64,000 bases of DNA from Octopus bimaculoides. Lineage: Eukaryota. Positions within the stretch are counted from its first letter, which is position 1, and each line of letters opens with the position of its first letter. Of this stretch, positions 13,491 to 26,400 are shown piece by piece. The notes under the pieces are model-generated. The model ran no database searches. It saw nothing but the letters and a program-made list of their open reading frames with translations, and was not told where the DNA came from. The stretch spans positions 27,336,070-27,400,069 of the forward strand of contig NC_069005.1 of the NCBI RefSeq assembly GCF_001194135.2. Direction: 5' to 3'. Position numbers and translations under genes: made by a program.

Positions 13491-16400
13491 CTGCTGGAAT
13501 AAAGTATGATCAACACTTAAATTACAATAACAGCAACAACTTCTTACCTGAGATTCAATAGTCATTACTTCATTAGTCATCTCTTCATATTGTTCTTTAT
13601 CTTTGTTGGTCATCATCTCATAGTCTTGTTTCCTTCCATTAGTCATCTCTTCACATTGTTGTTTATCTTCATCAGTCATCACCTCATATTCTTGTTTACC
13701 TCCATTAGTCATCGCTTCATATCGTTGTTTATCTTCGTTAGTCATCTCTTCATACTGTTGTTTACCTCCATTAGTCATCACTTCATATCGTTGTTCACTT
13801 TCATTAGCCATCACCTCATAATCTTGTTTATCTATATTAGTCATCTCTTGTTGTTTACCTTTGTTAGCCATCACCTCATATTGTTGTTTAACTTGAACAC
13901 TTTTAACGACAGGATCGCGTGATGGTGGTAACTTTTCTAACTCCATTTCATCATACGTCCAACTCGATTGACTTCCACAAATAAATGCTTCATAATTGTC
14001 ATCTGTTGAATTACAGAAATAAACAAACACAAGTAAAGTACTGTACTATATGAGGTGTAGTCAAAATGTATCCGACCGTTGGCCAAAAAAACAAGTAATA
14101 TTTAAAAACTCACCATTTTGATTTAGTCTCCTTCAAAGTATTCGCCTTGGGAGTCTACACACTTCTTATTTATTTACTGCCCACAAGGGGCTAAACATAG
14201 AGGGGACAAACAAGGACAGACAAAGGGATTAAGTCGATTACATCGACCCCCAGTGCGTAATTTATCGACCGTGAAAGGATGAACGGCAAAGTCGACCGCG
14301 GCAAAATTTGAACTCAGAACGTAGCGGCAGACGAAATACCGCAAAGCATTTCGCCCGGCATGCTAACGTTTCATTTCTTTATTGCCCACAAGGGGCTAAA
14401 CATAGAGGGGACAAACAAGGATAGACAAACAGATTAAGTCAATTACATCAACCCCAGTGTGAAACTGGTACTTAATTTATCAACCCTGAAAGGATGAAAG
14501 GCAAAGTTGACCTCGGCGGAATTTGAACTCAGAACATAACGGCAGATGAAATATTGCTAAGCATTTCGCCCTGCCTTTCGAGTCTACACACTTCTGCCAG
14601 CGTTCCTGCCACTGCTGGAAACATTTTTGGAAATCACTTTTTGGGATGCTGTAGAGGTGTGCTGTTGAATTTTGCTTAATGTCTGCTGTTGACTCAAATC
14701 TTCTCCCTTTGAGCTTTATTTATTTATTTTTTTGAGCTTTGAGAATAGCCAAAGATCACACGGAGCCAAGTCTGGGGAGTAGGAAGCCTGACAAACAAGT
14801 GGTGTGTTTTGCTTGACGAAGAATGCTTGGACGACATGGGCGGAATGAGCAGGTGCATTGTCATGGTGGAGTTGCCAGTTCTTGGCTGCCTTCAGGCTGG
14901 GTTGTTTTTGCCACATAGCTTCACAAAGGCGACAAAGAATCCCTAGATAGTATTCTGTGTTAACTGTCTGCTCACACTGTGGCTCACTGTCTACTGAGGT
15001 GCAGCCATCTTTAAACTGGTTGCACCACTCCTTTATATGCATTTTTCTCATAGCATCTGACATTCAACCTTTGACATGACCCAGTTTACCTGCCATTATG
15101 ATGATAACATCAAGCAATTTAGTTGTTGTAATGAACAGAAACTCTGACACAGTGCTACATACCTGTATCTGTGGTGACCCTAATAGCAGGGGGTACTGGT
15201 ATCGTAGGGGGTAAAGGCAGGTCCAATGGGAGAGGAAACATCTTTTCAGTGTTGAAACTTCTTTTGGCTGCAGAGATCCTGTAGAATTGGAATAAAGATA
15301 CAATTATTTAGAATTTCTAAATGGTTTTCTTGTTGTTCAGCAAAAGCCCTCAGTGCCTTGTGAGTGCCTTAGGAAAAGAAAAGTCTAGCGGTATCAACCA
15401 TTACTACAATTCAAGGAGCGGAATTACTCAGGTTGTCCAGTGCTCTCTTTAAAGAGCTCTACTTATACTGGCTACTCCACAACAGTAGTTGCTATCGAAC
15501 ATATATACATATGAGGCAGCTCTTGTGACATTACTCAACTAGTCAGAAATAGCAACTAAGTTTCTCACAAATCACTCCCAGGCATTTTCAATAAGGCAAA
15601 AAACACATTAGGCAATGTAATCATAAATAACCTGAAAAATTGGGGATGGCCATACCTAGAATACCAACCTAGACAAAGGACCATAACCTATTCATATAAA
15701 GGACCAAAATCTACCCACACAAAAGACCAACACCTACCCAGAGAAAGGACCAAAAACTTACCTACATAAAGGACCAACATGTACCTAGAGAAAGGACTGA
15801 AACCTACCCACTCCAAGGACCAACACCTATCCACATAAGTAGTCAAAACCTGCCCACACGAAGGCCCAAAATCTATACATAGAAAAAAACCCCAATACCT
15901 ACCCATGCAAAGGACCAACACCTACCCTCACAAAGAACCAAAGAACATCTCATTACTTCATGGTGTTTATACTTACTTGCAGCAGACTATAATTGTTATA
16001 ACAATGACCAACAGAATGAAAAAGGCCACAACAGGAACGCCAACCAGCAACAACAAATCTGGAGAAGAAGAAAAAAAAAAGATACAGAAAAACATACTTC
16101 CTCATCATTACTGAAAGCCTGTGTTCTATGCTGGCATAGGTTGGATGAGTTGACAGAGTCTGATGGGTTCAGTGTCTGCTTTGGCATGGTTTCTACAGCT
16201 GGATGCTCTTCCTAATGCCAACCGCTTTAAAGTGTGTACTGGGTGCTTTTTTATTGTGCAACCAGCTCTATTCAGGTCATCATTGCAGAGCTCATGAGAC
16301 TATGAGCCCTGAGGAAGGGGGGGTCGGCTTTATGCTAGGGGGACATAGAGTAAAAGTATCAGAGGTGGTGAGTGCGTTGCACTGCATGTTTTCTCACATT

Positions 16401-17342
16401 TAGTAAGGAAGGGAGACATGGTCAGTGTATGAAAAATACAAGCTGTATGGCGGTTGGTAATAGCGGCTGGAGGGTAATTTTCTAGGTGCAACCCCATGGT
16501 CATTTATGACTGAAGGGGGTCTTTACCCTTTTACCCTATGTACATATAATGGCATAGAGAGGGGAGGCTGGTATGCATGGGCAACTACCGGTCTTCCATA
16601 AACAACCTTNNNNNNNNNNNNNNNNNNNNNNNNNNNNNNNNNNNNNNNNNNNNNNNNNNNNNNNNNNNNNNNNNNNNNNNNNNNNNNNNNNNNNNNNNNN
16701 NNNNNNNNNNNNNNNNNNNNNNNNNNNNNNNNNNNNNNNNNNNNNNNNNNNNNNNNNNNNNNNNNNNNNNNNNNNNNNNNNNNNNNNNNNNNNNNNNNNN
16801 NNNNNNNNNNNNNNNNNNNNNNNNNNNNNNNNNNNNNNNNNNNNNNNNNNNNNNNNNNNNNNNNNNNNNNNNNNNNNNNNNNNNNNNNNNNNNNNNNNNN
16901 NNNNNNNNNNNNNNNNNNNNNNNNNNNNNNNNNNNNNNNNNNNNNNNNNNNNNNNNNNNNNNNNNNNNNNNNNNNNNNNNNNNNNNNNNNNNNNNNNNNN
17001 NNNNNNNNNNNNNNNNNNNNNNNNNNNNNNNNNNNNNNNNNNNNNNNNNNNNNNNNNNNNNNNNNNNNNNNNNNNNNNNNNNNNNNNNNNNNNNNNNNNN
17101 NNNNNNNNNNNNNNNNNNNNNNNNNNNNNNNNNNNNNNNNNNNNNNNNNNNNNNNNNNNNNNNNNNNNNNNNNNNNNNNNNNNNNNNNNNNNNNNNNNNN
17201 NNNNNNNNNNNNNNNNNNNNNNNNNNNNNNNNNNNNNNNNNNNNNNNNNNNNNNNNNNNNNNNNNNNNNNNNNNNNNNNNNNNNNNNNNNNNNNNNNNNN
17301 NNNNNNNNNNNNNNNNNNNNNNNNNNNNNNNNNNNNNNNNNN

Positions 17343-17381
<39 letters not shown>

Positions 17382-20300
17382 CAGACTTCACTCAGTTTCT
17401 GTCTACCAAATCCATTCACAAGGCTTTGGTCAGCCTGAGGCTGCAGTAAAAGACACTTGCCCAAGGTGCCACACAGTGAGACTGAACCCAGAACCATGTG
17501 GTTGGGAAGCAAGCTTCTTACCACACAGCTGCATTGTGGAAGAATCAACCGTATATTATTGTAAGAATCTGCTAACAGAGAGTTTCACTGTACTGCACAA
17601 CAACAGTACCTACTCACATCAAGGTGGACTGTGCCATCCCCTTGCATTTACAGGTGATAAGAATGTTTCACCTGCCTATAGTACATATCTGCAAGTAGAT
17701 AAATTATGCCATGTGCCGATCCACAACAGCTCACACATCAAGGTGAACTGCCTTTTCTCCAGTTACAGTTAGTTACTCGACTGTGCCAAGGATATACCAC
17801 ACTAGTGATGTCTACTGGAGATATAACACAATAGTGACATCTAGCAAGGATATTATACAGCAATGACATCTACTGAAAATATAACACAGTCATGATATCT
17901 AGGTCTACTGAGGAAAATATATAGTTCATAGATGAGATCAAGATATTCTCCATATAGAATACACTTAGTTTAAATCAAGAGATTTAAACTTTAATAGGTA
18001 TAGAAATAAATGTAGGGAAAAGCAATTTAGACAGGTCAATATATAAAGTATATTAAAAAATGTATATATATATATACACACGAAAAGGTCTGACTTGCAC
18101 AGAATACAAGTGATATAAAGAATTAAAGGGGTTGAAGTATTACAAAAGGATTACTACAGGAGGAAAATATGATGATGATAAAGAGTAATGTGACTTACTT
18201 TTCTGACAGTCAGGGCCTTCAAACCCAGTTTCACACAGGGTCTGTGGACAATAGCCAGTGATGAAATTACATCTGTCACTTTCCAGACAATGACATAGCT
18301 GCTGACATAACTTACCAAATGTACCAGGAAGACAAGCTAAGAAGAAAAGAAAATTAAAAAAATTACTTTCATCGTAACCAACAGAACGCCAGTTATAAAT
18401 GTTGCCATTCTTCTGCACTGGAGGATCTTGGTAGACCACAAAGATCTTTAACGATGGTAAAGAATTAAGGATTCTGGCAAACCATGACAGACTTCAAAAA
18501 TGAGAAACAGTGAAGTACCTTTGGCAGGCAAAGAAGATCTTTAAAATCAATGGCAGATATGAACTTAATGTTTGGCTAAATGGTTAGGGTATTCGACTAA
18601 CAAATGTAAGGTTGTAAGTTTGATACCTGACTGGGTTGTGTGTTGTGTTCTTGAGCAAGACACTTTATTTCATGTTGCTCCAGTCTACTCAGCTCACTCA
18701 AGAATGAGTGGTACTTGTATTTCAAAGGGTTAGCTTTGTCATATTGCTTCATGCTGAATATCCCTGAGAACTACGTTAAAGGTGTTTGTGTGTCTGAGGA
18801 GAGCTCTACCACTTGCACATTAATTCCATGAGCATTAATTCCATGCTTCTGCTAATTGGATCAATTGGAACTCTTATCATAACTGACAATGTGTGTGTGT
18901 GTGTGTGTGTATCAAAGAACTGGTAAAGAAACAAACCTGTTTGGCAATCAGGTCCTGTATAACCTGGCTTGCAGTCATCATTCTCGCATAAACCAGTTTG
19001 TCTGTTGCAGAGGGTGTCATTTTCGCAATGACATGTACCATTACAGAGCACTCCAAAGGTACCATTGGTGCAAGCTGACAATAGAAAAGAAAACAGTTCT
19101 TAAATATTCAAATACCAAATCAAATGACATTTCTAACATTTCTGACAAAATCATAATGATATCTAATCCTTCTGATACCTAGCCATTGCAGACTGCCTCT
19201 TGTTACACGATATAAAATCCATCTGTTTTTAAATATTTTACATATAGTTATGCTTGTTAAAGAAAACTACCTTTTTTCAAAGCTAGACTGTCTAACATAT
19301 TTTCCAGTGTACAAATCAATGTAATATGTAGTGTAAACATTAAAAAATCGTCACTATCTTTCCAAACCCTGCTACATTTCACATGGAATTTTATGTTCCT
19401 CCAAAGTTGTCTTGGTGTATAAGCCAACCCTGCTTTTGGGGGCTGTGGGATGAAAAATTTGACTTCTATGCCAGAAAATATGGTTAAGTAGGTGTGCACG
19501 TGAAAGGTATAAACTGTTTCACCTGATCAACATACTTTTAAAACAACTCGTTAATTATTATTTCTCAGCCATTCGAATACTTAAAATACTCTTCTTGGTC
19601 CCAACATCGTCGATAAACAAGAAATACATTGGAGACTCATTCAAGCATTCAAGACAAATGATAAAAAATTGTCAATAAATTCTAGCAGTCCATGCCATAT
19701 ATACACAGGCATGCAGGAAGTAAATAGACACCTTTAATTTTCAAAATTTCTGATCTAAGCATCTTAATATGTTTGCAGCTGTGTAGAATTTACAAAGTAA
19801 TTATTCTTTTTCATTCCAGGTGCCATTATATTAAACATTTGCGAAGAGTAACCATGCCACACACAAAAAATTTAGCAGAACTGTCAGATTTTCAAAGAGG
19901 TCGTATTGCTGGGCAATCTGAGGCTGGTCTTAGCCAGGGAAAAATTGCCGAAAATCTTCAAATTCCTCTTGCTATTGTTAATAGAATTANNNNNNNNNNN
20001 NNNNNNNNNNNNNNNNNNNNNNNNNNNNNNNNNNNNNNNNNNNNNNNNNNNNNNNNNNNNNNNNNNNNNNNNNNNNNNNNNNNNNNNNNNNNNNNNNNNN
20101 NNNNNNNNNNNNNNNNNNNNNNNNNNNNNNNNNNNNNNNNNNNNNNNNNNNNNNNNNNNNNNNNNNNNNNNNNNNNNNNNNNNNNNNNNNNNNNNNNNNN
20201 NNNNNNNNNNNNNNNNNNNNNNNNNNNNNNNNNNNNNNNNNNNNNNNNNNNNNNNNNNNNNNNNNNNNNNNNNNNNNNNNNNNNNNNNNNNNNNNNNNNN

Positions 20301-23300
20301 NNNNNNNNNNNNNNNNNNNNNNNNNNNNNNNNNNNNNNNNNNNNNNNNNNNNNNNNNNNNNNNNNNNNNNNNNNNNNNNNNNNNNNNNNNNNNNNNNNNN
20401 NNNNNNNNNNNNNNNNNNNNNNNNNNNNNNNNNNNNNNNNNNNNNNNNNNNNNNNNNNNNNNNNNNNNNNNNNNNNNNNNNNNNNNNNNNNNNNNNNNNN
20501 NNNNNNNNNNNNNNNNNNNNNNNNNNNNNNNNNNNNNNNNNNNNNNNNNNNNNNNNNNNNNNNNNNNNNNNNNNNNNNNNNNNNNNNNNNNNNNNNNNNN
20601 NNNNNNNNNNNNNNNNNNNNNNNNNNNNNNNNNNNNNNNNNNNNNNNNNNNNNNNNNNNNNNNNNNNNNNNNNNNNNNNNNNNNNNNNNNNNNNNNNNNN
20701 NNNNNNNNNNNNNNNNNNNNNNNNNNNNNNNNNNNNNNNNNNNNNNNNNNNNNNNNNNNNNNNNNNNNNNNNNNNNNNNNNNNNNNNNNNNNNNNNNNNN
20801 NNNNNNNNNNNNNNNNNNNNNNNNNNNNNNNNNNNNNNNNNNNNNNNNNNNNNNNNNNNNNNNNNNNNNNNNNNNNNNNNNNNNNNNNNNNNNNNNNNNN
20901 NNNNNNNNNNNNNNNNNNNNNNNNNNNNNNNNNNNNNAAAGAGTAAATTTATTCAATAAAATTGCCACTGGCTTCAACCACGGCCTCCAGACAACTTCAG
21001 AATCTCCTGCAACTCTTCTGGACAGTCTCCTTGTTTAAGTTGGTGAATGCTGCCATAATCCTTGCCTTCTGTTCATCTTTGGTGTTACAAGGACTTTTGT
21101 TGGTCTCTTGCACAACTGCACCCCACACATAATAATCAAGGGTGTTGCAGTGTAGGGAGTTAGGTGGCCAAATGTTAGGGGTGATGTGATCGCAGAAATT
21201 GTCTGACAGCCATGACAGGGTTCTCCTGCTTGTGTGGCATGGTGCAGAATCCTGTTGTAAGACATAGGGCGTTACAGTAGCCACCCTCTTGACCTAGGGC
21301 AGTACTGCCTCCTCCAGGCACTTGATGTAGGCCTCCATGTTGAGTCTGAGGCGATGTGAGAAGAAGAATAGAGGCATAATGTCACCATCACTAGTGATCA
21401 CTCAAAAGACCATGATGTTGACTGGATGTTTGATTTTTATCCCTCTCAGTACATGTCCTCAGATTGACACCCAAACACTCTCAGATGTTTATATTGGAGC
21501 TTCCGGCGTCAATGCCAAGCAGTACAGTGTCATTTCCATTTGCAGTTTGTTCAGCTTAAATCCCCTCAAGGCACTGCCGCAGCATTTCTGCAGCTCAGTG
21601 ACTGAAACAAGTAAAAGATATAAGATAAAGCTTTATTTGATTTAAAGACTAGTATTTGTAACAAGTATGGGCGATATAAAATTGCTCCTATTCTTCTTCT
21701 TACTTCTGTAAATGGTGGTGGTGGTGACTGGTTAAAACATGTAGCCAAAACCTCTAAAACAGGAAGTATGCACATAGACACATGATAACCTTGTGAGTTT
21801 TGATTTAACAAATTATTAAATCAGTATTTGTATTGTGGGGACAGAGAGAGGGAGAAAGAAGGAGAGAGAAAGAACAAATATATTGATATGTTGATAATTT
21901 GATAATGTTTCACTGACCTTTTTGGCAGTCGTTACCTTCATAACCAGGAGCACATCCTTCACTCGAACACGTGCCAGATTGAGGATTGCATTTACTGTTA
22001 TCAGCACAGTGACAAGTGTTGTTACACTCAGGGCCATACGTATTGTTCTTGCAAGCTTGAAAATCAAAATCAATTAAGTTTAATGAGTAATTCTATAAAA
22101 TATATATTTCTTTAAAAAAAAACAAAAAAAAAAACACCAGCATCCTCGTCATCATTTAACATCCATTTTCCATGCTGGCATCGGTTAGGCAGATTGGCAG
22201 CAGCTGATAAGATAGAGCAGGGGTTTTCAAACTTTTTGACTCGCGGACCCCTTTATATTTTAGGCTTTACCTTATAAAATAGGTTTATTGTCAATTAAAA
22301 GATTTCGATTAAGAAACATATATAAAATCAAATTGCCCATAAAAAGTATTTGCTGTCCACAGACCCCGTCTTGTCCTTGCGGACCCCCTGTGGTCTGCGG
22401 ACCACAGTTTGAAAACCCCTGAGATAGAGGCCTACATCAAGCTCTAATGCAGTGCTTCTCAACCATTCTTTTTTTTTTATCTATGGACCCCTTTGATTAC
22501 TATTTTATTTTGGTGGAGCCCTATAGCCTCTCGATGTTTAAAAACTAGTTTTATAGAAACTTCTTCCAAAATCCAAAATTCCTATTTTGTTTTTCAAACA
22601 TAGACTTGTGTAGGTTGAACTATGTAAAACATTAAATAAAGAGACTGAGTCATTCCTTGCAATAAATACATCAAAATCAAAAATTTTTTCATGGCTTGTT
22701 AATATTTTACTGTGTTCCCAATTAACTAATTTGCATGTGTGGAACACCTAAAATCTTATTATGGAACCCCAGAGGACTTATGAACCCCAGTTGAGAACTA
22801 CTGCTCTAATATCTGTTTTGGCATGTTTTCTATGGTTACATGTCTTTCCTTATGCCAACCACTTCAGAGAGTGTGCACTGGGCACTTTTTACATGGCCCT
22901 AGTGAGGTCACCAAATAACTCACAGGACAAAACCCTCACCTCAACTGAGCAGTATCAAGGGAGGTAGCTTTATTCCAGTTGATGAGATGTTAAAGGATGG
23001 TAAAGGGATAAAAACAGGTGTCTTGCAGCAGAGGAGATAGATGGCTATTCTCCCAGTTGGAATCCTTTACTCACCTGATTGACAGTCTGGCTCAATGAAG
23101 CCAGCTTCACACTGACCATGGCCACCATCACAAAATCCATTTGTCCTGTTGCACTGTGTGACATTCTTGCAGTGACATCTTTCTTCACAGTTCACTCCAA
23201 ACTGACCCTCTCCACACTCTGCAATGGAGAACATAACAGTTGGAACATAAGTTCAGCTTTTGTAGAAGTCGTTAAAACAGAGAAATCTAGCAACTGAACA

Positions 23301-23356
23301 AAATGCCAAAAAAATAAGGCAAACTAAAGATTTTAAATTCTGTCAAATAGCAGAAG

Positions 23357-23422
<66 letters not shown>

Positions 23423-26400
23423 GCCCGGATGCAGTACCAGGCAGTGCCTCATGGCTTTTGATCTTAACTGATTGGAAGTATTCTCACGTACATTGTTTTG
23501 TCTTGGTATAAAAGATGGGCTACAGCAAATATTCTGCTCAAGACCACAGATCTGCTTGTCAGTGGTTTGATCTTAACCGGTTGAGCATGTCTCTTAGTGG
23601 CTGACAATATGTGCATCTCTGATCATGAGCAGAAGTAGTAGGGGAGCATCATAGCCGTGTGTTGAAAGGAATCGACCTGAAGAAAATTTTAACTGGGACC
23701 CACCTGCAAGGTCATGCACTGTTAATCTTGGTACGAGATCACCATGTCACACATATATGGTTGTGATGCATGTTTTGGAATGGAATGAAAACATTCCTTT
23801 TTTTAAAACAACTTGTGAATGGAGATGAAAAATAGATTGTGTATGAAGACGTAGTACAAAAAAGATCCTGGAGTTTGCGTACATATGGTTGTGATGCATG
23901 TGCCTGGTGTACCCTTATCAAATGAGTAGTCATGATGGGTATACTGGGATTCATATATTTTACCCCAGTGTCACTTTGATGGCATGCACTGCTCTCTCAT
24001 TCAATAATAATAATAATATGAATAAATAAAAAAGAAAAAACAAAAAAATATTAAAAAAAGCTGACCTTTCTGGCAGTTTTCCCCATGGTACCCTGGTGCA
24101 CATCCAACAGCCGAACAAAATCCAGATTCAGGGTCACATTGGTTATTATCAATGCAGTGGCACTGGTGTTTGCAATTTGGACCAAACTGACCTTTCTTGC
24201 ACACTGAAAGAATGGTATTTTTAACACTGATTAACAGTTAGGATAGATGAAAATAACGAGGAAAATATCAACAATCAACTTCCACCATCAATTTCTCTTA
24301 TCCACATCTTTCACGACCAAATGTTAGTGGAAACTAAGTCACATGGAGCTGAATTAAACTGTTTTAAATAATATATGTAACTCCTACTAAATATGTTTGG
24401 TGCCTTTTTCTTTTGTTTGTCCACACACCTATCTGTATATATATATAATTAACATAATATGGTAAAAATTCGATATTAATTAATATCAATTTAATACCAG
24501 GAAACTAGCACATTAAAAGAATAAGAAGGTTCTTGAAAAAATTTTTCGAGATCCTAAAAAAATTATAGTACTTGTGTATATAAGATTGACCAGTGACCGG
24601 TCTGTCAAAATGCTAGAAGAAGCTCACTTAAAAAATTCTCAAATACGGATTCAGCGGAGCAAAAACAGGCGGGCTAGACCAGTGAAAATTGTACATACCT
24701 CGATTATCTGCAGACTATAGTTTCAAAATCAACACTTTCAAAATAAAAATGTCTACAATTTTCACTGGTCTAGCCCGCCTGTTTTTGCTCCGCTGAATCC
24801 GTATTTGAGAATTTTTTAAGTGAGCTTCTTCTAGCAGTTTGACAGACCGGTCACTGGTCAATCTTATATACACATGTATATATATCTATATATATATATA
24901 TATATGTGTATGTACATACATACACACAAACACATATATATACATATATATACGTATATATACATATATGATGGGGTGCTGAAAAATTTAAGGGTATCTC
25001 AAAAGATTTGGTTGGAGGCACAACCTTCTGAATTCTTTTACAGGGCTTAGAAAAAAACTGAAGGACCACTGTAATAAGTGTGTGAATCTGAGAGGGGAAT
25101 ATGTTGAATAAAATCATAATTAACTGATCCTCCCATATTTTCTTTTACTCAAAGCCAGAATCTTTTCAATATCCCTTGTATGTGTGTGTGCACGTGCGTG
25201 TATGTATTACTGTTTCCTTGCCTTGGCACCTATGACAGTTGTAAATGAATGTCACTCTCATACAAGATGTGTCCTTCACTCCAAATCTTCCATGAAAACA
25301 TCCTGCATCATAGGGAAATATTCTTTTCTACTCTAGTCACCAGGCCTGAAATTTTGGGGATGGGGCCAGTCGATTAGATCGACCCCAGTATGCAAGGATG
25401 GAAGGCAGAGTCAACCTCAGCAGATTTTGAACTCAGAACGTAAAGACAGATGAAACACCGCTAAGCATTTTGCCTGGATTGCCAACGTTTCTGCCAGCTT
25501 GTTGCCTTTGTTATAGGGAAATATTACCTTGGAAATGGGTGAAGGTTGACAACAGGAAGATCATCTGGCTGTAGAAAATCTGCTTTGGCAAAATACCTTC
25601 TGACCCATGACGGCATGGAAAAGTGGACATAAAAATGACAATGGTGATGATGACGAAAGGCCACACACAAAGATCTATATAAAGGCTACATACAAAGATC
25701 ACACCCAAGGACATCATGTAAAGGTTACATACAAAGACTGCATGCAATGATGAATTGAACTGAACTGAAATGGAGAGAGAAGAACAGTTAATATTTCCAC
25801 TCACTTTTCTGACAAGTAGACCCAGTGTAACCATCTTGGCAAATGCCGTCATAACACGAACCGTATATCTGATTACACTGGGATATATTCATGCAATGAC
25901 ATTGTTCGTGGCAGTTAAGACCAAACGTTCCAGCTGTACACACTGAAAAGATACAATAATAATCTTTAACTGGTAATAGATGAGGAACAGATGTTTCATT
26001 AATAACAACAGCTATCAGTTATAATTTCTTACCTAGGCTGAAGGTAAGAATTTAAGTGGATGGGGGAAAATTATGGATTAAATCAATCCCAGTATTTGAC
26101 TGATATTGTATCAACTTCTGAAGGCTGAAAGGCAAAGCTGACATTAGCATGATGCAAAGAGCCAGAACAAAGTCCGCAGAATAAGACCCACAGATGCTCT
26201 AATAATTCTACCAAACCAGCGCCTTATATAACAATAATAATAATCCTTTCTACTAAAGGCACAAAACCTGAAATTTAGTTGGGGCAGGGGCTATTGGGTC
26301 TCATTGACACCAGTGTTTCACTGGTACTTAATTTATTGACCCCGAAAGGATGAAACGCAAAGTCTACCTTGGTGGAATTTGAACTCAGAGTGTAGCGGCA

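Noticed and set aside
13569-15945. 33-bp and 23-bp repeat arrays as CRISPR-like
   Set aside because: They are head-to-tail tandem units with no unique spacers or cas genes, in a eukaryotic context.
17611-17760. Duplicated motif cagt(t/c)caccttgatgtg on the minus strand as candidate stalk micro-exons between E30 and the TM exon
   Set aside because: No AG/GT pair gives a phase 1-1 stop-free exon. E30 joins the TM exon in frame directly; a hidden exon in the 16610-17342 gap remains possible.
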